The notes beneath the pieces are model-generated. The model searched no databases. It had not been told where the DNA came from and worked only from the letters and a program-made list of their open reading frames with translations. A stretch of 64,000 bases of DNA from NCBI GenBank assembly GCA_016933295.1, contig JAFGBG010000255.1, forward strand, positions 1,185 to 65,184. Reading direction: 5' to 3'. The position numbers were made by a program, and so were the translations under genes. Shown here one piece after another: positions 1-9,629 of this stretch (the first letter of the stretch is position 1; every line of letters starts with the position of its first letter). Origin of the DNA: Sedimentisphaerales bacterium (lineage in GTDB: Bacteria > Planctomycetota > Phycisphaerae > Sedimentisphaerales > Anaerobacaceae).

Positions 1-1269
1 TACAATATCGAAGAAATCGCCATTGCGATGCCATCGGCGAGCCATCAGCAGCTCAGGCGAGTTATCCAGGTCTGCGAGGGAACGAAAATCAGATTCCGAA
101 CTGTACCCCATATAACCGACATCGCTTCCGGCAAGTTTCGGGTTTCCCAGATTCGAGATATCGATATTAACGACCTTTTGGGTCGAGAGGCGGTGCGGCT
201 CGAATTAGACTCTATCGAGGCCTACGCAAAAGACAAAACAATTCTCGTAACGGGCGCCGGTGGCTCGATAGGTTCGGAAATGTGCCGGCAGTTGTGTAAT
301 TTTAGGCCGAAACTCCTGCTGCTTGTCGAGCAGGCGGAGAATCCATTGTTCTATATTGAGCGGGAACTGCGAAAACGATTTCCGCATGTTCGCATAGAAG
401 CCCTTATTTGTAACATTACAGACAAAAACAGCTTAGAGCATATTTTCGCGAAATACAGACCGCAGGTGGTAATTCACGCCGCAGCTCACAAGCACGTGCC
501 CCTGATGGAGCTTAACGCCGGGCAGGCCATCAGGAATAATATAACGGGCACGCAGACGGTCGCTAACGCCGCGGATAAATTCGGCACAACCAACTTCGTG
601 ATGATAAGCACCGATAAGGCTGTCAATCCGACCAGTATCATGGGCTCATCCAAACGAATCGCGGAGATGTATATTCAGGACCTTAACAGGACAAGTGAAA
701 CGCACTTCGTGACAGTCCGTTTCGGCAACGTACTGGATTCGGAAGGTTCGGTCGTTCCAATATTCAAAAAGCAAATAGCCGAGGGCGGCCCGGTGACGGT
801 GACAGACCCTGAGATGAAGCGATATTTTATGACCATCCCGGAGGCGAGCCAGCTTGTGCTTCAGGCCGCAACGATGGGTAATGGCGGCGAAATCTTCGTG
901 CTGGATATGGGCGAGCCGGTCAAAATCGTGGATCTTGCAAGAGAGCTAATCACGCTCAGCGGCTTCAGGCCGGGAGAAGATGTCGAAATAGTTTTTACCG
1001 GCCCCAGACCCGGCGAAAAATTATTCGAGGAATTGTCGATAGAAGGCGAGGATATGCAGCGGACAAGGCATCCGAAAATTCGCATTTGGAATAATATCAC
1101 GATGGACAGGGACAGACTTTACGCCGGTATCAACGAGCTAATAGAGATCGCCGAAACTCAAAACAGAGAAGAAATAATCAGAAAAATAAAAGAGCTTGTT
1201 CCGGAATACACCGGCTCAAATCACATCCCGGAAAAAGCCGGCAAAAACAAAACCTTTCAAAAAAAATAA
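1..1269 (+). CDS. CapD/WbpM/PglF-type polysaccharide biosynthesis protein (NDP-sugar 4,6-dehydratase/epimerase), 5' end cut by the window edge
   Basis: Frame 1 is open from base 1 (YNIEEIAIA precedes the first Met at 28). It carries the Rossmann motif TGAGGSIGSE and the catalytic-region string ISTDKAVNPTSIMGSSKRIAE. The stop is at 1267-1269. Confidence 0.85.
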   Translation, partial: YNIEEIAIAMPSASHQQLRRVIQVCEGTKIRFRTVPHITDIASGKFRVSQIRDIDINDLLGREAVRLELDSIEAYAKDKTILVTGAGGSIGSEMCRQLCNFRPKLLLLVEQAENPLFYIERELRKRFPHVRIEALICNITDKNSLEHIFAKYRPQVVIHAAAHKHVPLMELNAGQAIRNNITGTQTVANAADKFGTTNFVMISTDKAVNPTSIMGSSKRIAEMYIQDLNRTSETHFVTVRFGNVLDSEGSVVPIFKKQIAEGGPVTVTDPEMKRYFMTIPEASQLVLQAATMGNGGEIFVLDMGEPVKIVDLARELITLSGFRPGEDVEIVFTGPRPGEKLFEELSIEGEDMQRTRHPKIRIWNNITMDRDRLYAGINELIEIAETQNREEIIRKIKELVPEYTGSNHIPEKAGKNKTFQKK

Positions 1270-1271
1270 GG

Positions 1272-1297
1272 TGCCGTTTTAAAGCGGCAATTTTATC
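1272..1297 (+). terminator. Weak intrinsic terminator candidate after the capD-like gene
   Basis: TGCCG (1272-1276) pairs with CGGCA (1285-1289) around an 8-nt loop and is followed by ATTTTAT. The stem is only 5 bp. Confidence 0.3.
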
Positions 1298-1541
1298 AGA
1301 CCATTCAATCCGCTTCGACTCACAAAATATAAAGTCCCAATAAAAAAACGTATTTATTATAATCCGATAAAATCAGTCCATATCAAACTTAAATACACGT
1401 ATAATTCAGGAGCCACATCCCCATTGTTCCGCCGGTCAAAATAAGGGCTACTTTTCAATATTTTTTTTCGCCGCCACGGAGCTTTTGTTCCTTAGTCCTT
1501 CATAAATCTATGCTTATCAAAATACTTGTTTACGAAAATAA

Positions 1542-1570
1542 TTGACACGCATTAATAAATATGCTATAAT
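1542..1570 (+). promoter_or_regulatory. Consensus sigma-70-type promoter for the GLUG-protein gene
   Basis: TTGACA (1542-1547), an exact 17-nt spacer and TATAAT (1565-1570) lie about 60 nt upstream of the ATG at 1632. Confidence 0.6.
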
Positions 1571-1631
1571 ACGTTATGCTATTTGAACAATATTTTCATA
1601 TCTCTATAAAATAGAGTAGGAGGTCGGAAAT

Positions 1632-3263
1632 ATGAGGGCGATGAAAAAGTCACGCATTCTATCGACAATTGCTCTGCTGTTTGCAGTTTGCGTTGTCAGC
1701 ATTCCCGCCAGAGCCGAATACGGCGGCGGCACGGGAGAGTCTGACAATCCGTACCTGATCTACAACGCCAAAGAGCTCAACTCGATCGGCGCAGAACCGA
1801 ACGACTGGGACAAACATTTCATGCTAATGGCAGACATTGACATGAGTGGTTATACGGAAAAAGATTTTAATGTCATCGGTTATTGCGCGGATCTGGATTC
1901 TCCCGACAATGTCCCGTTCACGGGCACATTCTACGGTAATTGTCACATTATCGAAAACCTGACAGTCGAGGGAAAAAACTATCTCGGCATGTTCAGCCAA
2001 TTAGGCAGCGGCGCCGAAGTCAGGGACCTGGGCCTGATTGATATTAAAATAAGCGGCTCGGGTGACTATATCGGAGGTCTGGTCGGATACAACGACGGCG
2101 GCAGTATCTCGAACTGCTACACAACAGGCGCCGTCAGCGGCAAGGATTTTGTCGGTGGATTAACAGGCTGGAATTCCGGACAAATAACAAATTGCTACAG
2201 CACCAGCCGGGTAATAGGTAATGTTGTAGTCGGCGGGCTTGTGGGATTGAATTGTGACGGCGGCGTCGATAATTCATTCTGGGATATCGAAGCAAGCGGC
2301 CAATTGACAAGTGACGGAGGTACAGGTCTTTCCGAAGCCGAGATGAAAACCGCCGCATTTTTCCTGAATGCAGGCTGGGATTTCGTTGATGAAACAAACA
2401 ACGGCACAGATGATACATGGTGGATTCTCGAAGGCCAGGATTACCCACAATTATGGTGCGAGCCGATAGAAGACAATACCTTTGTCCTAAATAATTTGAT
2501 CATAGGCGGTCAAACAGGAGACGAGGATGAAGAAGAGGACCAGGAGGAAGAGACTACGACTATTGAAGTATCATTGCCGACAAGCACTTCAAGCGAGAGT
2601 TTTACCGAGCAATTTTCATCCTCACTTGATGTTTTCGACCTTTCATATAAATCGGTAATGTTCACTCCGACGACAGACGGCAGCTATTATGCCCTCTTTG
2701 TGCAGGATATTTCAAGCCTGCCGACCAATCCGGCCGGAGGCACTCGCATAGATCTGGATGATGACGATTATACGAATGTTTATTTGAATGATCCCAATAA
2801 AGCTGTATACATTTTCGGCTACAGATATTACAGATTCTTTGTGGGAAGTAACGGATATATAACATTTACACGTGGAGACACGAGCCGAAGTAAATCATTA
2901 AGCAGCCACTTTAATACAAAGCGTATTTCTGCTTTGTTCAGCGATTTCGATCCTACCAAAGGCGGTAAGATTAGCTGGAAGGAGGCAACCGACCATGTGG
3001 CTGTAACATGGGAAAATATTTCCGAGTTTACTCCAACTAATTCCAACACATTCCAGGTCGAGTTATATTTTGATGGGAGGATACGTCTTGCCTGGCTCGA
3101 TATAGGAGCCAAAATCGGGATTGTAGGTTTGTCACGAGGTACTGGTGTGCCATCAAATTTTCAGGAAACAGATTTTTCAGAAATTACAACGACACCGGGC
3201 CCGGGAACTGATCCAGGCACTCCGGGGGGAGGGAATTCAGATAGAAGAAATCGAAAAAAATAA
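1632..3263 (+). CDS. Secreted GLUG-motif repeat protein with an acidic linker and a NIDO-like C-terminal domain
   Basis: AGGAGG lies 8 nt upstream of the ATG. The signal peptide is MRAMKKSRILSTIALLFAVCVVSIPARA. GLUG-type repeats are DYIGGLVGYNDGGSISNCYTTGAVSG, KDFVGGLTGWNSGQITNCYSTSRV and VVVGGLVGLN. An acidic linker GDEDEEEDQEEE follows. The C-terminal part shows the pattern FGYRYYRFFVGSNGYITF...NTFQVELYFDGRIRLAW. Confidence 0.8.
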   Translation: MRAMKKSRILSTIALLFAVCVVSIPARAEYGGGTGESDNPYLIYNAKELNSIGAEPNDWDKHFMLMADIDMSGYTEKDFNVIGYCADLDSPDNVPFTGTFYGNCHIIENLTVEGKNYLGMFSQLGSGAEVRDLGLIDIKISGSGDYIGGLVGYNDGGSISNCYTTGAVSGKDFVGGLTGWNSGQITNCYSTSRVIGNVVVGGLVGLNCDGGVDNSFWDIEASGQLTSDGGTGLSEAEMKTAAFFLNAGWDFVDETNNGTDDTWWILEGQDYPQLWCEPIEDNTFVLNNLIIGGQTGDEDEEEDQEEETTTIEVSLPTSTSSESFTEQFSSSLDVFDLSYKSVMFTPTTDGSYYALFVQDISSLPTNPAGGTRIDLDDDDYTNVYLNDPNKAVYIFGYRYYRFFVGSNGYITFTRGDTSRSKSLSSHFNTKRISALFSDFDPTKGGKISWKEATDHVAVTWENISEFTPTNSNTFQVELYFDGRIRLAWLDIGAKIGIVGLSRGTGVPSNFQETDFSEITTTPGPGTDPGTPGGGNSDRRNRKK

Positions 3264-3362
3264 TGGTTTTAATCATTATCTCTTTTTATTCAGCCCGGCA
3301 GCTTCGGGCTATAAATAGATCGATTTTGATATTATTTTTATCAAAAATAAGGTGGGGCAATT

Positions 3363-4208
3363 ATGCGTAAAAGAACATGTATAACAAAATGCGGAATAAC
3401 AACCTATATCCTGCGGGCGGGTTTTGCGTTTTTATTAATGTGCCTGGCGGGTTCGGAAGCTTTTGCTTTAGACCCTATGGGCCCTCCTACCGCAAGCTTG
3501 AGACTGGACGAGCTTATGATAGGATTCAATTACACAAGCAGCTCAATGGATGTCGAATTGAATAACGGCGAATGGAACGAGTATTACGAAGGCAGCCTAT
3601 ATGACGCGGGAGAAGCGGAATCTTTCAAACTCAAAGATTTCGATATGAATAAGATATACGCCAATATCGGATACGGCTTATGGGACAATTGTGAAATATA
3701 TTTGCGACTTGGTGGAGTAAGCACCGAGTTCGGCGATTCGATCTGGGAAGCCGGAGAAAAATTCGAAAGCAATACGAACTTTTCATTTTGCATCGGTTCC
3801 AAAGCGACTTTCTACGAGATAGGCGACCTCAAAATAGGCAGACTTATCCAACTGAGCTGGGCCAATATGGATGGAGACCTAAAAGCACCACAATGGACGG
3901 AAGCCGATTCCGTAGAAATGGACCTCATGGAAATCCAGGTCGCTATAGGACCGGCCTTCACATCACCGAACGGCTCATCGATATACGGTGGACCTTTTTT
4001 CCATTTTGTTGACGGCGAGATAAAAGATAAATACACCCTCGCATCAGGAATAAATACGGAATACACATGGGACATCGACGAATCTTCGACTTTCGGCGGT
4101 TATATAGGCACTCAATTGTATTTCTCCGAAAATTCTTACCTGAATATTGAATACCAACATACATCGGGGGCCAGTGCGGTCGGATTAAGTTTCACCTGGG
4201 AATTCTAA
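3363..4208 (+). CDS. Outer-membrane beta-barrel protein (porin/OmpA-barrel-like)
   Basis: It has a signal peptide ending CLAGSEAFA, an alternating hydrophobic strand pattern and the C-terminal aromatic signature GLSFTWEF. Confidence 0.7.
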   Translation: MRKRTCITKCGITTYILRAGFAFLLMCLAGSEAFALDPMGPPTASLRLDELMIGFNYTSSSMDVELNNGEWNEYYEGSLYDAGEAESFKLKDFDMNKIYANIGYGLWDNCEIYLRLGGVSTEFGDSIWEAGEKFESNTNFSFCIGSKATFYEIGDLKIGRLIQLSWANMDGDLKAPQWTEADSVEMDLMEIQVAIGPAFTSPNGSSIYGGPFFHFVDGEIKDKYTLASGINTEYTWDIDESSTFGGYIGTQLYFSENSYLNIEYQHTSGASAVGLSFTWEF

Positions 4209-4415
4209 ATCGCGGCAATTTTATAGCGTAAACAAAACTTAATTTCGATTATTTATAAACACAGCCAAAAACCGCCTTATAAGGCAACTGCTCATACAGC
4301 CTGCGCTCTCAGTTTTTATAAGAAGAAAATACCTGATGCGAACGGCAAAATATTGCCTTTGATGATATGCAAAAAAATCAATCCGCCTGAATCCTCCGCC
4401 TCACTTTTTATGTAA

Positions 4416-4437
4416 ACAAAAATGTTACCCGGGTAAC
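4416..4437 (-). terminator. Palindrome plus T-run downstream of the HEAT-like gene
   Basis: The perfect 14-nt palindrome GTTACCCGGGTAAC (4424-4437) starts 7 nt after the stop at 4445. On the minus strand it is followed by ATTTTTGT. Confidence 0.35.
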
Positions 4438-4444
4438 CGAAATA

Positions 4445-4903
4445 TCAGTTATCGATAGCTTTCGCATTGGACTCGCTGCTATTTTTATTCCTGTTTTTAA
4501 TTTCCCCGATTCGCTGCTTCGATTGTCCTTTTCCTTTCCCGGAGCCGCGTTTTGCCGGAGTTTCGCCTTTCATAAGAGCTAATGCCTTAACGCACGCCGC
4601 TCTTGTCGTGCGATCACGGTTTTTTTTGCCCTGTTCAAGAACTTCAACGGCCATTTTCTTCATTCTACCCTTCATGCTCCTAAGCCCATAAGCCGCCGCC
4701 TTTTTTGTTGTCCTCGAAAAATCACCAAGTAATATCTTTGTCAGAATTGCCAAACCGTCTTCCTGCATCCACGACAGGTTGAAAGCCGCCAGTCTGGCGG
4801 TTGTGATATCATTCGAGCATAACTTCCGAGTTAGCTGCTTTAAATGTTCAATTGCAGCTTCATCTTTTGCCTTGGCGGAAGGCTTTTGTTCATCAGGATT
4901 CAT
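4445..4903 (-). CDS. Small HEAT/armadillo-like repeat protein with a Lys-rich tail
   Basis: AAGGAG lies 6 nt upstream of the internal ATG at 4903, whereas the longer ORF to 4972 has no RBS. Helical repeats include AAYGLRSMKG and ACVKALALMKG. Confidence 0.6.
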   Translation of the reverse strand: MNPDEQKPSAKAKDEAAIEHLKQLTRKLCSNDITTARLAAFNLSWMQEDGLAILTKILLGDFSRTTKKAAAYGLRSMKGRMKKMAVEVLEQGKKNRDRTTRAACVKALALMKGETPAKRGSGKGKGQSKQRIGEIKNRNKNSSESNAKAIDN

Positions 4904-5106
4904 AAGGTCTCCTTCAAAAAGAGTAATTATAATTAAATCATCCTGATTATGCCAGTCGAAAAGTCGATTCAAAAAAACATTTTGCCGTCATTTTTTCAGA
5001 AATATTCGCGGTAATATAATTGCCGGTTAAGACTATTTAAACAATTCACTTTGAATAAAACTCACTCTTTTGAAGAAAACAATTCAGGATTTTTCAACAA
5101 GCGCAT

Positions 5107-5137
5107 AAAAAAACCCGCATAAATACGGGTTTTTTTT
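5107..5137 (-). terminator. Bidirectional intrinsic terminator after the xer gene
   Basis: The sequence AAAAAAACCCG-cataaata-CGGGTTTTTTT has a GC core (5114-5117 with 5126-5129) flanked by an A-run and a T-run. It lies 19 nt below the xer stop. Confidence 0.5.
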
Positions 5138-5155
5138 ATCGAATTTTAATGGTCG

Positions 5156-6178
5156 TTAGTTTTGCAATGGATTCGGGCCGTTTTCATCATTTCTCGGATG
5201 CGCGTTTTCATAAACCTCTTTCAGCCTTGTTGTCGTCAGATGAGTGTAAACCTGCGTTGTTGACAATGACTGATGTCCGAGCAGTTCCTGAACACTCCTT
5301 AAATCGGCTCCGTTGTTTAGCATATGTGTTGCAAAACTATGCCGCAAGGTGTGCGGACTAATTGCCGGATCGAGACCGGCCATTTTCAGATATTTATCCA
5401 TTTTGCGTCGGACGCTGCGGGTACTCAGCCGACGGCCGTGCTTATTCACGAACAAAACCTTCGAGTCGAAATTGTTATTATTCTGTGCACGTTTATTTCT
5501 GAATTCCATATAATGCTGGATTGTCTGCAGAGCAGATGCCCCAATCGGCGCAATTCTTTCCTTTTTGCCCTTACCTCTTATATGCACGACTTCACCGAGA
5601 AAATCGATATCTTCCATATTGAGCGCCACAAGCTCACTGACTCTTATTCCGGTGCTATATAACGTTTCCATAATCGCCCGATCCCTTGCTCCGAGCCAGG
5701 TATTCATCGGTGGTGTTTCGAGCAATCTCTTGACTTCTTCATATTCGAGGAAACGCGGCAGTTTCTTTTCCTGTTTCGGAGTTCTGACAGCCGTTACCGG
5801 ATTCGTGCTGAGATTGTTTCTTTTTACCAGGAATTTATAGAAACTTCGCAATGTGGCAAGCTTACGTGCCACTGTCGCTCGTGAATACTGCTTCTCACTT
5901 AGAAAAGCAAGATATGACCTGATAGAATCGGTACTCGCTTCAAGAAGTAACTGATCGATATTTATATTCACTTTCGTCGCCACAGCGGTAGCGGGACCGT
6001 CATGATGATGGCTGAACGAATCAGTCTCATCATAATCCGTCGGGCCTTCAGAACCCCCTGAAAGAAATTCACTGAATTGTGTAAGATCGGCACCGTAACA
6101 CTTTGCAGTGTGTTCGGAAAAACGCCTTTCATATTTCAAGTAATCTAAGAACTTTCGGATAATCGCGCTTTCTTCCAT
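5156..6178 (-). CDS. xerC: Tyrosine site-specific recombinase XerC/XerD family
   Basis: The C-terminal catalytic block is HTLRHSFATHMLNNGADLRSVQELLGHQSLSTTQVYTHL. The N-terminal core-binding domain starts FLDYLKYERRFSEHT. An acidic/His-rich insertion (SEGPTDYDETDSFSHHHDGP) lies between the N-terminal helices. Confidence 0.9.
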   Translation of the reverse strand: MEESAIIRKFLDYLKYERRFSEHTAKCYGADLTQFSEFLSGGSEGPTDYDETDSFSHHHDGPATAVATKVNINIDQLLLEASTDSIRSYLAFLSEKQYSRATVARKLATLRSFYKFLVKRNNLSTNPVTAVRTPKQEKKLPRFLEYEEVKRLLETPPMNTWLGARDRAIMETLYSTGIRVSELVALNMEDIDFLGEVVHIRGKGKKERIAPIGASALQTIQHYMEFRNKRAQNNNNFDSKVLFVNKHGRRLSTRSVRRKMDKYLKMAGLDPAISPHTLRHSFATHMLNNGADLRSVQELLGHQSLSTTQVYTHLTTTRLKEVYENAHPRNDENGPNPLQN

Positions 6179-6268
6179 AATAATTTACCTATCTATTATT
6201 TTAATTCACTTATTTTTTCAGACTCACTACGCCACTTGTTTTCTCACATATGATGCATCTCTACAGAG

Positions 6269-6499
6269 TTAATTTTTGCTGAACTGAGCGTTTCTGTTTT
6301 CTCCCAGAAGTTCGTTCGCCTGGCCAACAAGTAACTGTGTCAATTTGAAACTCAGCACTGCCGCATCGAACCAATCAAAATTCGTTCGTGCGTCCCTGGC
6401 CTGATCAATCAGGGCGTCCAATAATTCATCTTCGCTGCCGTTTTCATAACGAAATATGAACTTCTCGGCTCCCTTATTCAAAACCAATTGTCGTTTCAT
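6269..6499 (-). CDS. Hypothetical small protein (76 aa)
   Basis: The ORF is non-repetitive and looks like a globular sequence. It is co-directional between the radical SAM and xer genes. The RBS is weak and I recognise no family. Confidence 0.45.
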   Translation of the reverse strand: MKRQLVLNKGAEKFIFRYENGSEDELLDALIDQARDARTNFDWFDAAVLSFKLTQLLVGQANELLGENRNAQFSKN

Positions 6500-6729
6500 T
6501 CTTTTCTGCCGTTAAAACACAAACTTCAAATCCTTTTTTGCAACCTGCGATAAAACCGACACTACCGGAAACGCTACAAGGCTTTTATCGGCCAATCTGA
6601 GTTATGGCTTTACAAATTGAATGAGAATAGAAGGAAAATAAGGTGAAAATTTAGATAATTTTTTAAGGGGCAGGTCACTCAATAAACCTGAGTTATCAAT
6701 TAATTATCTCTCAGCCGGTATCATTATAC

Positions 6730-7707
6730 TCAGGAAACGACCTTAAAAAAGACCTTTCCATCTTTTTCTTCCGAGCAAATGACCCTCTTATTTAAGAGGT
6801 TGGTGACATATTTCAATGCCTCATTGCGACCGATGCTCATACCCGAACAAATATCATCCAGTGAACAAGGCCTGCGTTTCAGCATTGAAAACAAGGTTTT
6901 TGTCGCGTTAATTGCCGCAAAATTTACATTCGATCCAATATCCACTTTGCCTTCATAAGGACCTGAATCCGGCGCCGGCGGAAAATCAGCTATAATCTCG
7001 CAGTTGCCCCCCAGGCTTTGCGCTATAGCAACCAGCTTTCGTTCATCCAACTTATTAATGCCTGCTTTTGCGGTAGGCCGTACGGCGGTATTGAGCTGAA
7101 CCTTATCCGGAGAAATGCGCTCAATAACAGCCCTGATTGCGGCAATTTCCTCGATACCGGTATTGATTGAATCTACAACAAAAACTTCAAGCCATATTTG
7201 GCCGGTAAATTCCTTCCTGAACGAGCACAGCCCGGAAACAAGCTTTTCAATACTAATATCTCGATGTGGTCGATTTATTTTCTTAAATGTCCGTTCATCT
7301 CCGGCATCCAGAGAAGGCAGAACGACATCGGCCTTGGCGCAATCCGACCGTACATCAGAGCGATACAGCAATGTTCCGTTGGTTACGATAGCTATCGGGA
7401 TGTTAGTAATTATTTTTATTCCTTCGACAATTTCTCCAAGCGATGAATTCAAAGTCGGCTCACCCGAGCCGGCAATAGTGATATAATCGGTTTTCAGGCC
7501 GTTATCCAAAGCATCCTTCAGCTCGGCAATAATCGGCTGTGCCGGCACGTAAGCTTTTCGCTCAATACTCTTTTCTGTGGTTCTTCCGAGCTGGCAATAA
7601 ACACAATCAAGCGTACAGACTTTGAACGGTACAATATCGACACCAAAGCTTCTGCCTAATCTTCGAGAAGGTACGGGGCCATAAAAATATTTTTTTTCTC
7701 CGGCCAT
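6730..7707 (-). CDS. Radical SAM protein (COG0731-like) with a winged-helix-like C-terminal tail
   Basis: YGPVPSRRLGRSFGV is followed by CTLDCVYC (CX3CX2C). The protein also has the GSGEPTL glycine motif. Confidence 0.85.
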   Translation of the reverse strand: MAGEKKYFYGPVPSRRLGRSFGVDIVPFKVCTLDCVYCQLGRTTEKSIERKAYVPAQPIIAELKDALDNGLKTDYITIAGSGEPTLNSSLGEIVEGIKIITNIPIAIVTNGTLLYRSDVRSDCAKADVVLPSLDAGDERTFKKINRPHRDISIEKLVSGLCSFRKEFTGQIWLEVFVVDSINTGIEEIAAIRAVIERISPDKVQLNTAVRPTAKAGINKLDERKLVAIAQSLGGNCEIIADFPPAPDSGPYEGKVDIGSNVNFAAINATKTLFSMLKRRPCSLDDICSGMSIGRNEALKYVTNLLNKRVICSEEKDGKVFFKVVS

Positions 7708-7737
7708 AATATCTATCCTTACGGAAATTATTTCCGG

Positions 7738-8553
7738 CTAATTCCGTATTAAATCAAATATATCCCTGCAGGTTTTTAACAAATCTTCGAGCCATTCTAT
7801 CGGCATAACACATGCGGCATCGGATTTTGCCTTCTCAGGCTGAGGATGGACCTCAACAAAAAGACCGTTGGCGCCAACCGCAATCGCCGCTCTGGCGAGC
7901 AAAGGAGCCAATTCCCTTCTGCCGGCGCTGGCATTGCCAAGTCCTCCGGGCTGCTGAGTGCTATGGGTCGCGTCGAAAATTACCGGGCAGCCCAGCTTTT
8001 TCATAGCTTCAATCGCGGTCATATCGTTGACCAGCCGGTTATAACCGAAAAAAGTGCCGCGTTCGGTCAGCATTATTTTTTCATTACCGCAGGCACGAAC
8101 TTTTTCGACAACATTTTTCATTTCATCCGGCGATAGAAATTGACCCTTTTTAACATTCACAGGTTTTCCGGTTCGCGCACATGCACAAAGCAAATCCGTC
8201 TGCCTGCATAGAAAAGCGGGAACCTGTAAACAATCAACAACATCTCCGACCGTCTCGGCCTGTGCCGGCTCATGTACGTCGGTCATAATCGGAAGATTTG
8301 TTTTTCGCCGAACTGCATCAAGAATCTTCAGGCCCTTTTCCATGCCCGGTCCACGGAAACTATCTATGCTGGAGCGATTTGCCTTATCGAAACTTGCCTT
8401 GAAAATCAATCCGATGCCCGTATTGAAACTTATCTGCAGCAATCTTTCGGCAATTTCCAGGCAATTATCTTTACTTTCAATCACACAGGGACCTGCCATT
8501 ACAAATAACGGGGAATCAAAGCCTATATTTATATTACCAATATTAAAATTCAT
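7738..8553 (-). CDS. kdsA: 3-deoxy-8-phosphooctulonate synthase (KDO8P synthase)
   Basis: Full-length match to the KdsA pattern: FKASFDKANRSS, MTDVHEPAQ and FDATHSTQQPGG. Confidence 0.93.
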   Translation of the reverse strand: MNFNIGNINIGFDSPLFVMAGPCVIESKDNCLEIAERLLQISFNTGIGLIFKASFDKANRSSIDSFRGPGMEKGLKILDAVRRKTNLPIMTDVHEPAQAETVGDVVDCLQVPAFLCRQTDLLCACARTGKPVNVKKGQFLSPDEMKNVVEKVRACGNEKIMLTERGTFFGYNRLVNDMTAIEAMKKLGCPVIFDATHSTQQPGGLGNASAGRRELAPLLARAAIAVGANGLFVEVHPQPEKAKSDAACVMPIEWLEDLLKTCRDIFDLIRN

Positions 8554-8573
8554 TTTATTTTATGCCTCACATC

Positions 8574-8657
8574 AAAGTGCCTAAAGTTTAGAGTGACTAA
8601 AGTGCCAAAAATCAAGAATTATAATTTTAGTTCACTTTAGCTCATTTTTGTCACTCG
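8574..8657. repeat. Intergenic repeat element, copy A (CTAAAGTG/CACTTTAG word family)
   Basis: It shares AGTGCCTAAAGTT, TTTAGTTCACTTTAG and TCACTCG, in the same order, with 59688-59778. It begins 3 nt after the stop of the upstream minus-strand gene and ends about 20 nt before the kdsA ATG. Confidence 0.65.
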
Positions 8658-8659
8658 TC

Positions 8660-9604
8660 TTATCCTATCGCTCTGACAATTCTCGTTCTAATACCCGCCG
8701 GTTTGGCTTTTTCAGGTACGATGCAATTAACAGCGTGCGGTAATACGTTGATTTCAACCGGAAGCGCCGGTCCGGGATCACCGTCAATTTCAGTTCTTAT
8801 GGAACTTACATCAGAACTTACATTAATGTTTTTACCCTGACGGTAGATAACATCACGAGAATTAGCATGGTGTTTCAAAACCGTCATCATCGAATGCTTT
8901 ATAAGATGAATCCGGGATGCACATTTATAAATACATACATCCAGCAGGCCATCGCCGAAATCAGCATAATGTAAAATCTGCAGGCCTATAGCATATCTTG
9001 AAATGTTTCCCACAAATACAAGTCCCGGGCCGTCATAGATTTGTTCCCCGTCAACCTGAATCCTCATCGGAGCAAACTCATAACCCCAAAAAGTCCGCCA
9101 GATAGGCCAGAAGTAATCAAAGTGATTGATATGACCGTCTCGCTGCTCGCTAACCTTTTTAACCACTTCCCCGTCAAAACCGAAACCGGCAATAGAAGTA
9201 AAACATCTGCCGTTGACATTTCCCAAATCCAGAGGTCGAATATATCCGGCTTCAAACGTCCTTACCAAAGTCTTTAACTTTTCATCGAAGCCCAATTCGT
9301 TTGCCAGCAGATTCTCCGTGCCGCTGGGCATTATAAGCAACGGCTTATCACTTCCTTCGAGTCCGTGCGCCACTTCCCTGACCGTGCCGTCACCGCCGGC
9401 AACGATAACCATAGCGCAATCATAATCGACCGCCGCATCGGTAGCGAGCTCACAGGCATGATGCAGAGAAGTTGTTAGATTGCTTCTGACCTCATATCCG
9501 CTTTTAACAAGATATCGTTCAAAGCGGCGCCCCATAATTTTCGTGCAGGTTGCGCCGGATTTCGGATTAACAATATAAGCGATGTAACCATCCTGGGGTT
9601 TCAT
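8660..9604 (-). CDS. Diacylglycerol-kinase-family lipid kinase (YegS/BmrU-like)
   Basis: It carries the GGDGTVREV and PSGTENLLANELG motifs at a typical length. Confidence 0.85.
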   Translation of the reverse strand: MKPQDGYIAYIVNPKSGATCTKIMGRRFERYLVKSGYEVRSNLTTSLHHACELATDAAVDYDCAMVIVAGGDGTVREVAHGLEGSDKPLLIMPSGTENLLANELGFDEKLKTLVRTFEAGYIRPLDLGNVNGRCFTSIAGFGFDGEVVKKVSEQRDGHINHFDYFWPIWRTFWGYEFAPMRIQVDGEQIYDGPGLVFVGNISRYAIGLQILHYADFGDGLLDVCIYKCASRIHLIKHSMMTVLKHHANSRDVIYRQGKNINVSSDVSSIRTEIDGDPGPALPVEINVLPHAVNCIVPEKAKPAGIRTRIVRAIG

Positions 9605-9629
9605 AAAATTTACAGCGTTACGGCGTAAT

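Noticed and set aside
8574-8657. CTAAAGTG-word repeats considered as a mini CRISPR array (also 59688-59778).
   Set aside because: The words are only 8-13 nt long, irregularly spaced (9-16 nt) and present in both orientations. No cas genes are present. This is not CRISPR architecture.
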